A DNA stretch of 64,000 nucleotides from Gekko japonicus (GCF_001447785.1 NW_015171506.1:555903-619902), one strand, 5' to 3'. Numbered from the stretch's first letter, positions 12,393 to 26,103 are shown. Made by a program: numbers and translations. Notes: generated from the letters alone by a model not told the origin.

Positions 12393-12858
12393 CAGAGGTC
12401 ATTTCGGGGGAGATCGCGGGGGATTGCAGTTCCCCCGGGTGAGGTACGGGGACGGGGAACATGACAAAGCCCCGCCCCCTGCTTCCGGCCGCCCCACTTC
12501 CAGCCCTCATTCAGCCAGGAGGAGGCAGGAGAAGAGGGAGGGTAAATTGCTTCCTCCCTGCCTCTCCCCGCCCCTGCCTGCCTGGGGCCAAGGAGGGCCT
12601 TCGCGGGGCTTCCTTGGACTCCCGCCGGCCTTGCAGGTCCACCGCTGGGCCCCTCATGGGGCTCGGCAGTGGAGCTGCAAGGCCGGCGGCGGCGGCCGGA
12701 ACCGTTGAGGGCGGGGTGTGTGGCCTTATCACACACTTCCGGTGATATCAGGGGGTGTGGCCATATGACACACTTCCGGTGATGTCAGGGGGTGTGGCAT
12801 ATGCTAATGAGTTATGCTAATGAGTCCCCCTAGCTCTTTTTCTACGAAACGACCCCTG
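12393..12858. mobile_element. GC/CpG-rich hAT non-autonomous element
   Basis: TIRs cagaggtcatttcg / cgaaacgacccctg; perfect 8-bp TSD cttatact (12385-12392, 12859-12866). Confidence 0.9.
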
Positions 12859-13469
12859 CTTATACTGTAACAAAGAACTCAGCTGAAGTTCCAGAGGACA
12901 CTATGTCAGAAATCTACTTCAGATGTTTACTAATTGCTAGGCTTGGATCACTGAAGGAGGAAACAGACCATGCAAACCATAATAAAAAGTGTTCTTTACA
13001 GTTCTTAATTAAAACAGCTGTGTGAAAACAAATACTGTTCTTGTGTGTAAATTGCTTTGCCTTGCCACTAACCATGTGCAACAACTCACTTCTGAATGAA
13101 ACGGTTTCTCTCAAACAATGGTGCTGCTCAAAATAGGTTCCATCCTATTAGAGAATCACTCACTAAATAAAGAATGAGCAAGTAAAAGACATATACACCA
13201 TGACCATACTGCCATATGCACACAAACCTTCATTTACATCTGATCAAAACCAACTACCCATGTAAGGCAATACAATAACCACATCAACTTGACCCATTAA
13301 AGAAGTAAGAATAAAGACAGCAATTTAAATAGAAGCTTTTATCTGTGGCTAAGTCCTTTGTAAATTTTACAAATTGGCTCATAAGTAATAACTTAATTTC
13401 TGCTCTATCACAAGTTCATAATCCAAACAAATCCATGAGAATCAAGTTATGTCATTACAGGAAAGTAGG

Positions 13470-13900
13470 AACTGTTCCCCATAGCAACCTATCGCTGCAA
13501 AAGTTAGACCATGAAGAAGCAAGACATGAGGAAGATCTACTCATTTGAGCGGTGGTGCTGGAGAAGGCTCCTGCGCATTCCTTGAATAGCAAAGGAGACA
13601 AACAAACAAGTATTGGAGTGCATAAAACCAAGCATGCCATTGGAAGGAAAAATCATAAACCTGCGACTTATTTCGGCCATGTCATGGGGAAGAACTCACT
13701 AGAAAAAGCAATTATGCTTGGATTGGTAAGCGGCAAAAGGAAACCTGGCCACCAAAGAACACGGTGGCTGGACACCATAAAAGTCAACACCAGCCTGAGC
13801 ATGGAATGGCTCAAAGAAACAATACAAGATCGGAAAACGTGGAAACAGCAGGCCCACAGAATCGCCAAGAGTTGGACACGACTGAATGGCTAATAACAAC
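13470..13900 (+). mobile_element. RTE-clade LINE 3' fragment
   Basis: YFGHVMGKNSLEKAIMLGLVSGKRKPGHQRTRWLDTIK...SWTRLNG* is a typical RTE ORF C-terminus, followed by a taa/caa tail. Confidence 0.85.
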
Positions 13901-14050
13901 TGGCATTGTAAGACTGGAAGAGACAGCAAATATTAGCAGTGCGCAGCCTATTACAAGGAGGAAGTATTTATTGTCACCTGTGATGTAGCCCTTTAACCAA
14001 GCTTTTTTCTGAAATAAAATCTAGTCTCCCTTAAACTTGGGGTCTGATAT

Positions 14051-14118
14051 GTTGTTGTTGTTGTTCAGTCACACAGTCGAGTCCGACTCTTCGCGACCCC
14101 ATGGACCAGGTCACGCCA
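14051..14118 (-). mobile_element. Extremely 5'-truncated BovB 3' end
   Basis: (gtt)n tail plus cagtcgagtccgactcttcgcgaccccatggacc. 12-bp TSD ggggtctgatat at 14039-14050 and 14119-14130. Confidence 0.88.
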
Positions 14119-14701
14119 GGGGTCTGATATAGTGGCAGTATATTTTATGCCAACATCATAAAATCAAACCATGAAATCAAGTGAAGCATTACTTAGGAGG
14201 CACCATGGCAAAGCAAATGCAGAACGTCCAATGTTTAGTCCCTGACATCTTTAGTTAAAGGATCTTGGGAAGCTAGGGTTGTCGACCTCCAGGTGGTGGC
14301 TGTAGGCCTCCTGCTATTACAACTCATATCCAGGCAACATAGATCAGTTCACCTGGAGAAAATGTCCACTTAGGAAGTTGGACTATGGCATTATGCCCCA
14401 AACCCCATCCTCCTCAGGTTCAATCCCCAAAATCTCCAGGTATTTCCCAACCCAAAGCTGGCAACCTTACGGGAGGCAGCTGTTGGGAAGGACCTTTCTC
14501 TGCCTGAGACTCCAGAGAGCCACTGCCAGTCAGAATAGACAATAAGGAGCTTGGTGGACCTATGGTCTGACTCACATCCTAAAACATAAAACATAAGAAA
14601 AGTCCTGCTGGATCAGACCAAAAGTCCATCTAGTCCAGTATTCTGTTTCTCACAGTGATCAACTAGAAGCCTCTGGCAAAACCACAAGCAAAGAAGATGG
14701 G

Positions 14702-15719
14702 TATGATGGCCCTGTCCACTTCCCTCCCTCAGATAGAAGATTTTCCATCCACTTCCCTCCCTCAGATAGAAGACTTTCCATCCATTTTTCTTTCCCTTTC
14801 TGACTGAGCAGCCCTAGTGGTCTGTTTTCTTCTTTCCTGAATAACTCTGGCTGTTCCACACTGTCTCAATATGATATTTTACTGCTGGCTCAGCCCAGGA
14901 ACCTGAGGGAAGGGTCAAGATCACGTTTGAACTTAAACAACTTCAATTACATTTGAAATTCAAAAATAACAACATATTTTATTTAACACAGTGGGGAATG
15001 GTCAAGTGAAATCAGGGTTTGAAAATTTCTGAGGTAACTCAATATAGATAACTGAAGTAAATGCACAGATTTTAGTTCTTATGTTTCAGGCTAATCAGAG
15101 TTAAACTTTTCACAGTGACGTAAATCTTTGTTGAGAGGCTTTTGTTCCAGTGTTTCCCCAAACACTTCACTAAACTTTCTTTGTGTTTTCTCTGACTCTT
15201 TTGGTTTCCAGAAAGCTCGTACAGTTCTCTTGAAGCACCAGTACTTGTCTTGAGTTTTTTTAAACTGACTCTTAAGGTCTCTAAAGGCAGTTTCAAACCA
15301 CACCTGACCAGGGATCTCTTCACTCTTCACAGTTAACTCCTTATATGATTGGGTAGAGAATTTTCTTCTCTCTCTAGAAGATCTATCCCCTTTCCTTGGC
15401 TTGAATGGGAGTCTTCTTCCCAAACATCCTTGACAACTTTCTCCCAGTTCTCCTGTCTGTGTTAAACTGCTCCCAGTCAGGGGTGAATTCCAAAACTGTC
15501 AGCACTTGACTCTTCTCAGCTAGGGCTGAAATCAGACTGAATTCTCCTCAGCATCCAGTTCAGAAGTCTTTTTTCCCCCCTCAGCTGATGCTAACCAATC
15601 AGTTCTCTTGGAACAACCAGTCACTCAAGGCTCTCTGGCTCTGTGTAGAATCAAGCCTTCACAGTCCTTCAGCTGTTTGTACAGCATTTTTAAGCTTTTA
15701 AAAAGTTCTGTCCATCACA
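14702..15719 (-). mobile_element. Probable solo LTR inserted in a CR1 3' end, related to 27795-28748
   Basis: Ends tatgatgg / ccatcaca. Shared cctcagctg.tgct.accaat and gtcactcaa motifs. Minus-strand AATAAA at 14978-14983. A 33-bp tandem repeat lies at ~14716-14785. The CR1 sequence resumes at 15720. Confidence 0.62.
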
Positions 15720-16279
15720 AAGGCAACTGCCTACCCCTGTTATTTTTCCTCTGGGGTTCAGAAGAGCACTGAATACATAAGTTTCATTTAGCCATCTTTG
15801 CTAGGAGCCATAAGTATCCTACATGAATTTATCTAGTCACTTGTTAAAGGCATCTAAGACATCTTGTGGTTTTAAATTTCATGTCTACATTATGCATTTT
15901 GTGATAAAGTACCTCTTTCAGTCTGTCCTACATGTACAGCCCAGCAGGACAGACACTCCCCCCCTCAGTGTTTAAATTAACAGAATATGCTGCCACAAGA
16001 TAGATAACCACTAGCCAAGAACCTCTTTTTCAGGCTGTCAGCCTGCCACGTAGCTTTCAGATATCAAGAGCACCTACTAATGGGAAAAAAAACTAACAAG
16101 AGCCACCTAGTTTTGTATATAAGAAACTGGTGTGTTACATCCAAATTGTGTTCTATATGGTCAGCATACTATCTGGGACCATGGTGAAATAGCTACTGCA
16201 TGGGAATTCACAAGCTAATTCTCAGAGTCCAACCTTTATACCTTAAACTCAAATATTTCCTCCTTTGTAGATTTAGATT

Positions 16280-16686
16280 CACACTGGTGATCCCTGGCCC
16301 AAAGATATCCGGCTGTCCTCAACCAGAGCCAGGGCTTTTTCGGCCTTAATGCAATTCCGCAGGGCCTGTAAGGCAGAGATGTTTTGCCAGGCTTTTGGTT
16401 GAGGACAGCAACAGTTTCCATCATGACTGGCATCCTCCTTTTCTCTTCCATCTTTTTGCTTTGGCCTCCTTCCCGCCCTGCCCGTGAGATGGCAACATGG
16501 TCTGGAGCGGGTCTAAGATGAAATTAGTGATGCCATCTGGAGATTATTTAATAATATAGGAATGACTGAATTATTAATTTTAACAATGTTATGTTGATGT
16601 TTTTAACTTTTAACATCTCCCAGAGCCCTGTGCACTCAGGGATTGGATGATTCATAAGTTTAAAGTATAAATAAATAAATAAAAAA
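16280..16686 (+). mobile_element. L2 3' end fragment abutting the NTRK2 exon donor region
   Basis: gcaattccgcagggcctgtaaggcagagatgttttgccaggctttt matches 53532-53578; (aaat)n tail. Confidence 0.8.
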
Positions 16687-16737
16687 GAAGAATCTTTGCA
16701 TTGTAAAAATGCCATGAATATCTGCAACAAGATGTCA

Positions 16738-17064
<327 letters not shown>

Positions 17065-17415
17065 TTAGAGATGGCTTTAGAAGAGCTGAAAGAGAACAAG
17101 AAAAACACACATTTAGGGAGCAATCCAAAGCACTGTCTCTAAATAGCTTAGTATAGCAAATAAACCCTACACTGACAAATTGGCAAGATACACTGCTGCA
17201 TTTCAAAGATATGTTGATGTTTCTGGAGATACCCCAGTTACAAGAAACATAGGTGCTACACTAGTGTGCCCCATTGTCAGCATAAAATTGGGTAGCACAA
17301 GGTACCGGGTGGGGGGGGCTTAGCCATTTTTCAATGTTGGCATAACTGGAAAAAAATCCCTCAGAAGTCATGGATAATGGCCAAACCCAGCTCTCCCAAG
17401 CAATATCTAAAAGCG

Positions 17416-17676
17416 AAGGAGGAGGAGAGGGAGTCGGAGAAGAGGAGGAGGAGTTGGATTTATACCCTACCCTACACTCAGAGTGGCTTACAATCTTCTT
17501 CCCTTCATGTCCCCACAACAAACACCCTGTGAGGTAAGTAGGGCTGAGAGAGTTCTGAGAGAACTATGACTGTCCCAAGGTCACCCAGCTGGTTTCATGT
17601 GGAGGAGTGGGGGAATCAAACCTGGTTCTCCAGATTAGAGTTTGCCACTCTTAACCACTACACCAAACTGGCTCTC
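17416..17676 (-). mobile_element. Squam3-like SINE, shorter subfamily
   Basis: Same head and tail as the other copies but lacks the internal expansion. Confidence 0.83.
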
Positions 17677-18707
17677 TACAGGGATAGCACAGGGCTCTGG
17701 CTTTATGTCAGGCAGGCTCTGAGCATCCCTTGATGACTGGAACTCTAGAGAAAGGACACTTCACAACAAAAAGAGGAGCCCTTTGCACAAACAGCCAAAG
17801 AAAAGAACAAACAATGTTGTAGTATATTTCTAACACAACATCCTTAAAGGTACTCCACCTCACAGTACAACACCAAATGGCATTCTTCATTCTTCCACCT
17901 GAGGGTGCAACAGAGTTGCCAATTCTGGCTTGGGGCCAATTCCTGGATATTTGGGGGTGGAGCCTGTAGAGGGCAGAGTTTGGGGAAGGGAAGGAACTCA
18001 GCAGTGATGGGATGCCTTAAAGCCCACCCTCCAAAGCAGCTGTTTTCTCCAGGGGAAATGATGTCTGTAGATGGGAGATAGGTTGTAATTCCTGGAGGTT
18101 CGCAACCTCCATAGAAGATCCCCTCCTTCAACCTTGGACTGTGCAAATATTTCCCCAGGCCTCCTATGGGAACCTAGCCTATGTAGTACCTCAACCATTT
18201 GTCCCTCACTGGTTGCCAACAGTTAAATATGTGAAGTGAAGAAAGGACCTGCCTCTTGCAGATATGCTGGCAGCACAGCACCACACTGTCAGCACAACCT
18301 CATGTTGGCGTACCCTACCTGCAAGCAGGACAGACAGGCAGCACAGCCACAGGCCTATGTAACTACTAGTCACTCCACTCTTACTTCAGCTAGTGGTGGC
18401 CAAATACTTATGGTGCCTATTGCCTTGAAGGACTAGAGAACCATGGAACACACAGGAAACACGGCAAGGTTGAATAAAATGTTGGGAATCACCATGTAAC
18501 AACACCATGTTTTCCCTCCGATGATCGGGGCCACGCCCCCAACGTGATTGACGTGGTTGCGTCACCTCTGGTGACGCAGCCACACTGTGCTTCGGGGGGG
18601 CGGAGTTCCCCCCAAGGCCCGATTACCCGGAGACAGAAATCGGGCCTCCGAAGCGGGGGTTTACCCGCCCCCCGCCCCAATTGGCAGCCCTATACTACTA
18701 TAATTTC

Positions 18708-20224
18708 CTCCCTCATGGATCACTGCCTTGACATGGCGAGGGGGCTTGCATGGTTCAATGAGGCTGTGGGCTATGGAGGGCCACCCAGGACGGACAGGCC
18801 ACAGCAGAGAACTCAGACCAAGTGTGATCCACTGGAGAAGGAAATGGCAACCCACTCCAGTATCTTTGCCAAGAATACCCCATGGACAGTAACAAAAGGC
18901 TACAAGATATGATGCCGAAAGATGAGCCCCTCAGGTCGGAAGGTGTCCAATATGCTACTGGGGAAGAGCAGAGGACAAGTACAAGTAACCCCAGAAAGAG
19001 TGAAGCGGCTGGGCCAAAGCCGAAAGGACGCTCAGCTGTGGATGTATCTGATGGTGAAAGGAAAGTCCGATGCTGCAAAGAACAATACTGCATAGGAACC
19101 TGGAATGTAAGATCTATTAATAAAGGTAAGCTTGACGTGGTCAAAAATGAGATGGCAAGACTGAACATCGACATCTTGGGAATCAGTGAACTAAAGTGGA
19201 CAGGAACGGGTGAATTTTACTCAGAAGACCATTATATCTACTACTGTGGCCAAGAATCCCGTAGAAAAAATGGTATGGCCTTTATAGTCAACAAGAGAGT
19301 GTGAAAGGCAGTAATGGGATACAATCTCAAAAATGACAGAATGATCTCGGTCCGAATCCAAGGCAAACCATTCAACATCACAGTAATTCAAGTCTATGCC
19401 CCAACCACTGATGCAGAAGAGGCTGAAGTGGACCGGTTCTATGAAGACCTACAACACCTCCTAGAACTAACATCAAAAGAAGATGGGTGTTCGCTAGGGG
19501 ACTGGAATGCTAAAGTAGGAAGTCAAAAGGTAACCGGAATAATGGACAAGTTTGGCCTTGGAGAACAAAATGAAGCAGGGCAAAGGTTAACAGAGTTTTG
19601 TTAAGGCGGCTCGCTGGTCATAACAAACACCTTCTTCCAACAACCTAAGAGGCGACTCTACACATGGACATCACCAGATGGGCAACACCGAAATCAGATT
19701 GATTATATCATTTGCAGTCAAAGATGGAGAAGCTCTATCCAGTCAGTAAAAACAAGACCTGGAGCTGACTGTGGCTCAGATCATGAGCTACTCATTACAA
19801 AATTCAAACTTAAACTGAAGAAAGTTGGGAAAACCACTGGCCATTCAGGTTTGACCTAGATCACATCCCTGATGAATATACAGTGGAGGTGAAGAATAGG
19901 TTTAAGGGACTAGATTTGATAGAGTGCCTGAAGCACAAGGACAGAGCTTCGTGACATTGTACAAGAGGCAGCAATCACCACCATCCGAAAGAAAAAGAAA
20001 TGCAAGAAAGCAAAGTGGCTGTCTGATGAAGCTTTACAAATAGCAGAGGAAAGAAGGTCAAAGAAGAAGGGGACAGCAAAGTGAGATGGTTACACAGTGT
20101 TATCGAAGCAATGAACATGAAATTAAGTAAACTCCGGAGCACGATGGAAGACAGGAGGGCCTGGTGTGATGTGGTCCATGGGGTCGCGAAGAGTCAGACT
20201 TGACTGTGCGACTGAACAACAACA
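18708..20224 (+). mobile_element. BovB-type RTE LINE with 5' UTR, APE endonuclease and 3' end, but reverse transcriptase deleted
   Basis: EQYCIGTWNVRSINKGKLDVVKNEMARLNIDILGISELKW...QVYAPT...GDWNAKVG endonuclease motifs with stops. 3' terminus is ggggtcgcgaagagtcagac...gactgaacaacaac. 11-bp TSD actataatttc at 18697-18707 and 20225-20235. Confidence 0.93.
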
Positions 20225-20384
20225 ACTATAATTTCACTTCATGGGATTTAGAAGTTTATTTGACTTCGTTGAAGGGCTGTAGAACCATCATGAGATTTCA
20301 TGAGAATTTATACCATGAGTTATAGGTTCTTCTTTTGATGACACACTGGCAATACGCGGGAAGCTTATAGCTAGCAAATGCATG

Positions 20385-20495
20385 AAACACTGGTGGAACC
20401 TGCTTTCTTGTGAAGAATTACAAGCATAAGCATTGGTGGAACCTGCTTTTTTGCAAAGAACTACAAGCGTCGGCAGAACCTGCTTCTTTATGAAG
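20385..20495 (+). repeat. Imperfect ~40-bp tandem repeat (three units)
   Basis: gaacctgctt...gaag/aag...acaagc recurs three times. Confidence 0.7.
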
Positions 20496-20825
20496 AAAGA
20501 AGAACAGTGTGGTCAAGACCTGTTCTGTGAGAGGACTTATTGCTCTTTCTGTTCTGCCTTATGAATGTTTGTGCAATTTTGATCATACAAGCATCACAGT
20601 AGGCATAACCTTTGTGAACGCCCAAATTTTGTATCGTAGTAGTTACAAGGTATATTATATAGGTAGACAGTTTTTGTCGCCAGAGTTATGTCATTGAATT
20701 TATGGTTATTTTTCTTGTACTATTTTCATACAAACGTTACAGCACATGATTTAACATAATTTTTTTGTATTTGTAGTTTATACACAGTTTTTGTTGGTTG
20801 GTAGATTCTGAAGAAAGCAAGGAAA

Positions 20826-21220
20826 TAGGATTCCAGGTGCTACCTGGCTGCTGGCAAGGGGACTCCTGATCCTTGCTGGAGTTCTTCTGGCACGCACGCA
20901 AAGCACATGCCACAATAACATCACTCAGAAGTGACATCATCATGTTTCCAACGTCGGTGATGCTCTAACTTTTGGGCAAAACTATAATTTTTTGGGCCTC
21001 TAATCCATAGAGTTTTGCACAAAACCTAGAGCGTTGCCCCCGACATTGGAAACATGATGACATCATTCCCAGGTGATGTCATTGTGATGGTGCCAGCAAC
21101 ACTGGGAGGGGGCTTCTCAGTGGTGGGGCTTTCCCTGCTGACCACCTGAGCTGCAATGGATTGCCCCCCCCCCAAAAAAAACAGAGATCCCCTGGCCACA
21201 CTGGTGGAATGGCAACCCTA
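20826..21220. mobile_element. hAT MITE, TGACATCA subfamily
   Basis: Right TIR tggcaacccta and same internal palindromes; left end degenerate, TSD not recognisable. Confidence 0.75.
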
Positions 21221-23876
21221 CACTACAATTCTACTCTGCAGTCAATGTGTCACAATGATGCAGAAAGATGCTACCTGGGTAGCTTCCTACAACAGTATTC
21301 TCCACTGATATTCCATATTGGACGATACCCAGGGTGTCCCTATAGCCAACACCAATATTTAGGACTAGGTGTTCATGTGTAATGCAGTTACAGATAGATG
21401 ACCACTCTGGTTTAGGCTGATTAAAAGGGACCACATCATAGTCTTCTACCTGTCTAACTTTACCCTTCATAGTCTCAGAATAGCCTTTGCATCTGTTTGG
21501 TTCCACACCATGCTAACAGCCTTGCTTGATGGTCATTACTCCAAGAAACCCTTGCTTTTGGACTTTTGTATTTGTAGATCTCTGGTTCCAGAGGATTTAC
21601 ACCATTATATTCTGCCCTGACCTCTTGACACAGGGCCTAGAACCACATTTCCTGTAGTGCTCCTGGTGGGCTTAAACTCTTTCTTGGAAACAGAGATGAT
21701 TTTTCTTCTATCTGAAAGATACTGATTCACTCATTTCATACAGAGGGTCGCTGTTTGCCTTGGCAGCCAAGAAAATACAGACAAAAGTTGCTTTTGAAAA
21801 GTGAAATTTTTAACATGATAAGCACTTTTATATCTAGTTATTTTCATGATTTTATTTATGTTTTATGTTCTTTGTGATTGACTGCAATGGCCTTTGGCTA
21901 TATACAGTAAATGCTGTCATTCATTCACTGCCGAATAGTTCGCTTGTGCCAGTGTAGCTTAAGAGTCCATTGTGGCTGGAATGCCTTTAAGAGGGCACAA
22001 TGCTCTGTAATTCCAGTCATGTTTCTGCACCGCCACACTCTACCCTTCCAATCCTTCCTTTTTTTTTTTTTACATCTGTAAACAGTGGTCCTTGTGAGAG
22101 CAACCATTTTGCCCTGCCTTGCTGGGCAGGTAGGACAACATGGGTCAGCTTACAGTTGGGGTGCCGTTGCAGCAGTCACTCGCCACATCTGTTGTCAGTC
22201 ACGAATCTCTGCCTAAAATCTGTAAAAATCATTTCCATCTAAATTTGAAAACAGACATTGGCTTTTCTTCTTTGTTTGAATTCAGTTTATGCCTACAGAA
22301 CTGCAATACTGATTCTGCTGCCTCTGTGCCGTTGCTCTTCCCCTCGCTCTAAAAGCTGCACACAGGAAGGCTCCTGACCTTCAGATCCTGTCCTGCAATT
22401 TGACACTGTGTGGCAGGAAGCAAACACTGAAGGACACTTGTGGGGCGGCTGAAGCAGGGAGAGCTTGTTTTTGATCAGTGGCCTTGGGGGGCGCTGCAGG
22501 GTAAGAAATCAATGCTCCTTCGGGTCCCTATTACAAGCAGTCTTCATTTGCATCACAAGCTGTGAAAAATGGTAAAAGATTGTTGAGGAGTCTGTTTTAA
22601 TGCAATAATTCTGTGTTCTATATTCAAATAAATAAATTTAAAAAATTAAAAAACAACTCAACAAAACCAAAACAAGGACTCACCTGTCTTGGTTTATGTG
22701 AGAGGCCACACCAGTGCCTTTGAATGGCTGCAGTAATTAGTAATTTTTAATGCCTGTGTTTAATTGTGGGAGGCTTTACCTTTTCCCCACAACACATCTA
22801 TTCACATGCTGTCTTTAAATATCACTGATATCTTTTTTATGGTTGCAAAGCACTGTGGGTTGAGGTGAAAAACACCTTGAGCACAGTAGGATGCACTTCC
22901 AAGGAAGCGTGCATCCCATCAGGGTGCAGACAAAGGCATTCTCCCCATGGAAATGGATCCATGCCCTTTTGCAACCAAAGGATTCTGTCATGAGCACAAC
23001 TCAGCTGCCTAAGGCCGACTTCATAAGCAGCCTCACCTCTCTGTGAGGGGACCCTTGCAAGATGAAGCATTTACTACAGAAGCAGAGGGGGCTGGGTTGT
23101 GCAACTGATATCTCTCATCTAGAATTTCTATAGCCCAAAGAACCTAGTAGATTGCTGATTTATTTATCAAATTCACGCCCTGCCACTCTGTACACAAGTG
23201 GGTTCCTGACAGTACTTCAAACATAACACAGAAAGGCATATACACTAAAAGACCTGCACTAAAATGGACAAAAGTACATCATCAAAATCCAGAGATCACA
23301 ATAAGAAACACTTTCATAGCAAAAAGCTGACAATCATCACAAAAAAGGCAATCTGACCACAGTAAGATCTATAAGCAACAACAATAGGAAACTAGATGTA
23401 ATAAAAGTATACAGCAGTTTTTACAAGATAAGGTAAGAAAACCTTCCCTGATCTTCCAGCAATAGGCAATGGTTTGTCATGATGCAGGGAAAGGAAGAAG
23501 ACAGCCGGTAGCCAAAGCCTATTTGCTTAAAACTCTGATATAATATGGCAGGTTTTTTGGAGGGAGGGAGTAGTAATTCTCTCTGGTATTTGGCAATCTG
23601 GGATGTTAAAAATCCTTCTAAACTCAACCAAACCATAGGTGATTCAGCATCTCCTGGAGTGAGACAACCTCTTCCCATCACACAGCCCATACAACTTGTT
23701 CGTAAGTGATCCAACAAGCTTAGGGCTAGACATTTTTGGGCCACAGGACTCATCAGATGCTGAGAATGTGTCCCATGTGGATAAAACGTTTTAACTCAGG
23801 TACAGTTGAACAATCTTTCACTGTAGTGGTAATGTCAGCTAAAAACAAGCATCTGCTTCCTTAGGGCCTAACTTGT

Positions 23877-24744
23877 CAGGTCTGTAGCTACAGTGGGGCC
23901 CCTCAGGGCCCGGCCCCATCATGCATCAGCCAAGACCCAAAAGGCCTTGCTGCAAAAATATGTTACATTTTTTTAAATTGTTTTAAAATTCTTTCCGTAA
24001 AGTTGTGCTGTGTTGCATGCTGCGCCCTGCCTGTTTCCTGGTTTGCTGGTAACCCTACACATGACCTCACAAGCTCTTCCTCCCTCTTGGCTCTCCCTCT
24101 CTGCCCTCCCTCTGTGTATTTCCCAGGGTAGTTTGCCACAACCCTTCATCTTCTTCAGTTAAAAGTGCAGCTGATCCCTGGTAGGCACAGACTTGTTGGG
24201 GGGGGTGGGTTGTCAGACTCATCACAGGTGGGAAGAGCCTCTTAAACTTGCAGGAATTGGAAAAAGGAAGTGTTCCTAAGAAGTGTGTGTGTGTGTGTGT
24301 AGTTAAATTGGATGGGACAGCATTGGCCGGAGGGAAGCATTTTGAAAATCTCTTGAAGTTCTGTGAAAAGGTGGGACTTTCAATCAATGGTTTGGAGTCA
24401 GTCTCATGTAATGATTTGGAGTCAGTCTCATGCAATGATAAATGCAAAAGTAAATCCCCCCCCCCTGTGTTCAGTGGGGCTTCGTTTGCAGAGGAATTGT
24501 TGCTTTGACCAGGGATGTGTATATTTGCAAGTAGCACTACTAGCTGGTAATTCCCTGGGATTACAACTGTAATCAATTCCCTTGGGGGGGGGGGGAATGG
24601 CTGCTTTGGAAGGCGGGCTCTATGGAATTATACCCCATTGAAGTCCCTTCTTTCCCCATCATTTCTAAAATAAGCAGAAGAGTTTTAGAGATACAGACAT
24701 ATGATGGCTGCCCCACAAGCCAAAAAATCCTGGCTACAGGCCTG
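23877..24744. mobile_element. Composite hAT-like element
   Basis: TIRs caggtctgtagct / ggctacaggcctg (11/13); TSD not convincingly preserved. Confidence 0.55.
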
Positions 24745-24841
24745 TTTCTTTATGTTGGAGATGTCTCTCAGTCCCAGCCTGACTACCAAATCATTAGTAA
24801 ATACTGGACAACTGATCAAACTTCAGTGAAGAATTCATTAT

Positions 24842-24921
24842 GCAATCCTCAACAGAGTTACTCCAGTCTAACTTCACTGGAACCATGTGGTCTTAGACTG
24901 GAGTAATTAAATCTAGGATTG
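24842..24921. mobile_element. Short (~80 bp) hairpin MITE gcaatcct...aggattgc (others at ~25661-25742, 62139-62218)
   Basis: Internal inverted repeat ttactccagtctaa / ttagactggagtaa. Confidence 0.65.
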
Positions 24922-25149
24922 CCCTGTTGATAAAAATATCAAAACTGAGATTGTCCAGATTTTGTGGAAACTATCATATTTTTCATTAGAGCCATAACTG
25001 CAGTGCATATTAGCACCTGATATTTCTCAGTCAGCAATTTTTACAAAACAATTTCATATGCAATGTGTGGAGGGAAGTGGGATTAGCTCTGTCAAACCCA
25101 ATGTCTACATCTGATCTTATGCACCAAGCTTATACGCAGTATGCATGTA

Positions 25150-25458
25150 GAGAAGAAGAAGAAGAAGAAGAAGAAGAAGAAGAAGAGATTGGATTTATAC
25201 CACGCCCTTCACTACCCAAAGGTGTTTCAGAGTGGTTTACAAACTCCTTTCCCTTCCCCTCCCCACAACAGACACCCTGTGAGGTGGGTGGGGCTGAGAG
25301 AGCTCTTGACAGAAACTGCTCTTTTTCAAGAACAGCTCTTATCAGAACTACGGCTTGCCCAAGGTCATCCAGCCAGGTGCAAATGGAGGAGTGGGGAATC
25401 AAACCTGGTTCTCCCAGATTAGAGTCCGCGCACTTAACCACTACACCAAACTGGCTCT
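25150..25458 (-). mobile_element. Squam3-like SINE, young copy with (GAA)12 tail
   Basis: Near-identical reverse complement of 35953-36240. Confidence 0.85.
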
Positions 25459-25929
25459 ACAAAATGTAGATTTTGTATGCACAACCAGGACCTTGCAAAA
25501 ACGGGGGTACAGTTGTATGAACACAAATGGCCTAGATATCAGCAGCATGTACACATGTAAGACTGTTCAGAAGACCCAGTGAATACATGGATACTGGGGG
25601 TGTGATCCTGCCTCTCTCCTCACAGCACAGATTTCGTGTTGTGTTTTGTAGAGTTTGGAAGCAATCCTAAGTAGGTCTACATGGAAGTACCTCCCATTTT
25701 ATTCTTATGGGCTTACCCCCAGAAAATGTTCTCAAGATTGCTGCCCTTTATTTTTAGATGTTTTCTGCTTTTAAACTAATGACACTTTCTCAATGTACTT
25801 CATTTATTTAAAATATCTTTACTCTACTCTAGCATATATTACAATAGAATGAAATGCCTGAAAAGAGAGGCAATGTCAGCTGTACATTCTCACTATTCCA
25901 TCAGCAAACTGACATGTTTCATGAACTTA

Positions 25930-26103
<174 letters not shown>

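Noticed and set aside
15072-15423. Lys/Arg-rich ORFs as gag or accessory protein
   Set aside because: They lie inside a probable solo LTR, reflect purine-rich strand bias and show no domain motifs.
1-16700. Next NTRK2 exon (VGGHTMLPIRWMPPES...)
   Set aside because: Not found by eye on the minus strand; presumably beyond the window start, consistent with a long intron.
20385-20495. CRISPR-like repeat-spacer array
   Set aside because: Vertebrate DNA; the units are degenerate tandem repeats without unique spacers.
22478-22497. CTCF-like site tggccttggggggcgctg
   Set aside because: Only the 3' half fits; about four core positions mismatch the consensus.
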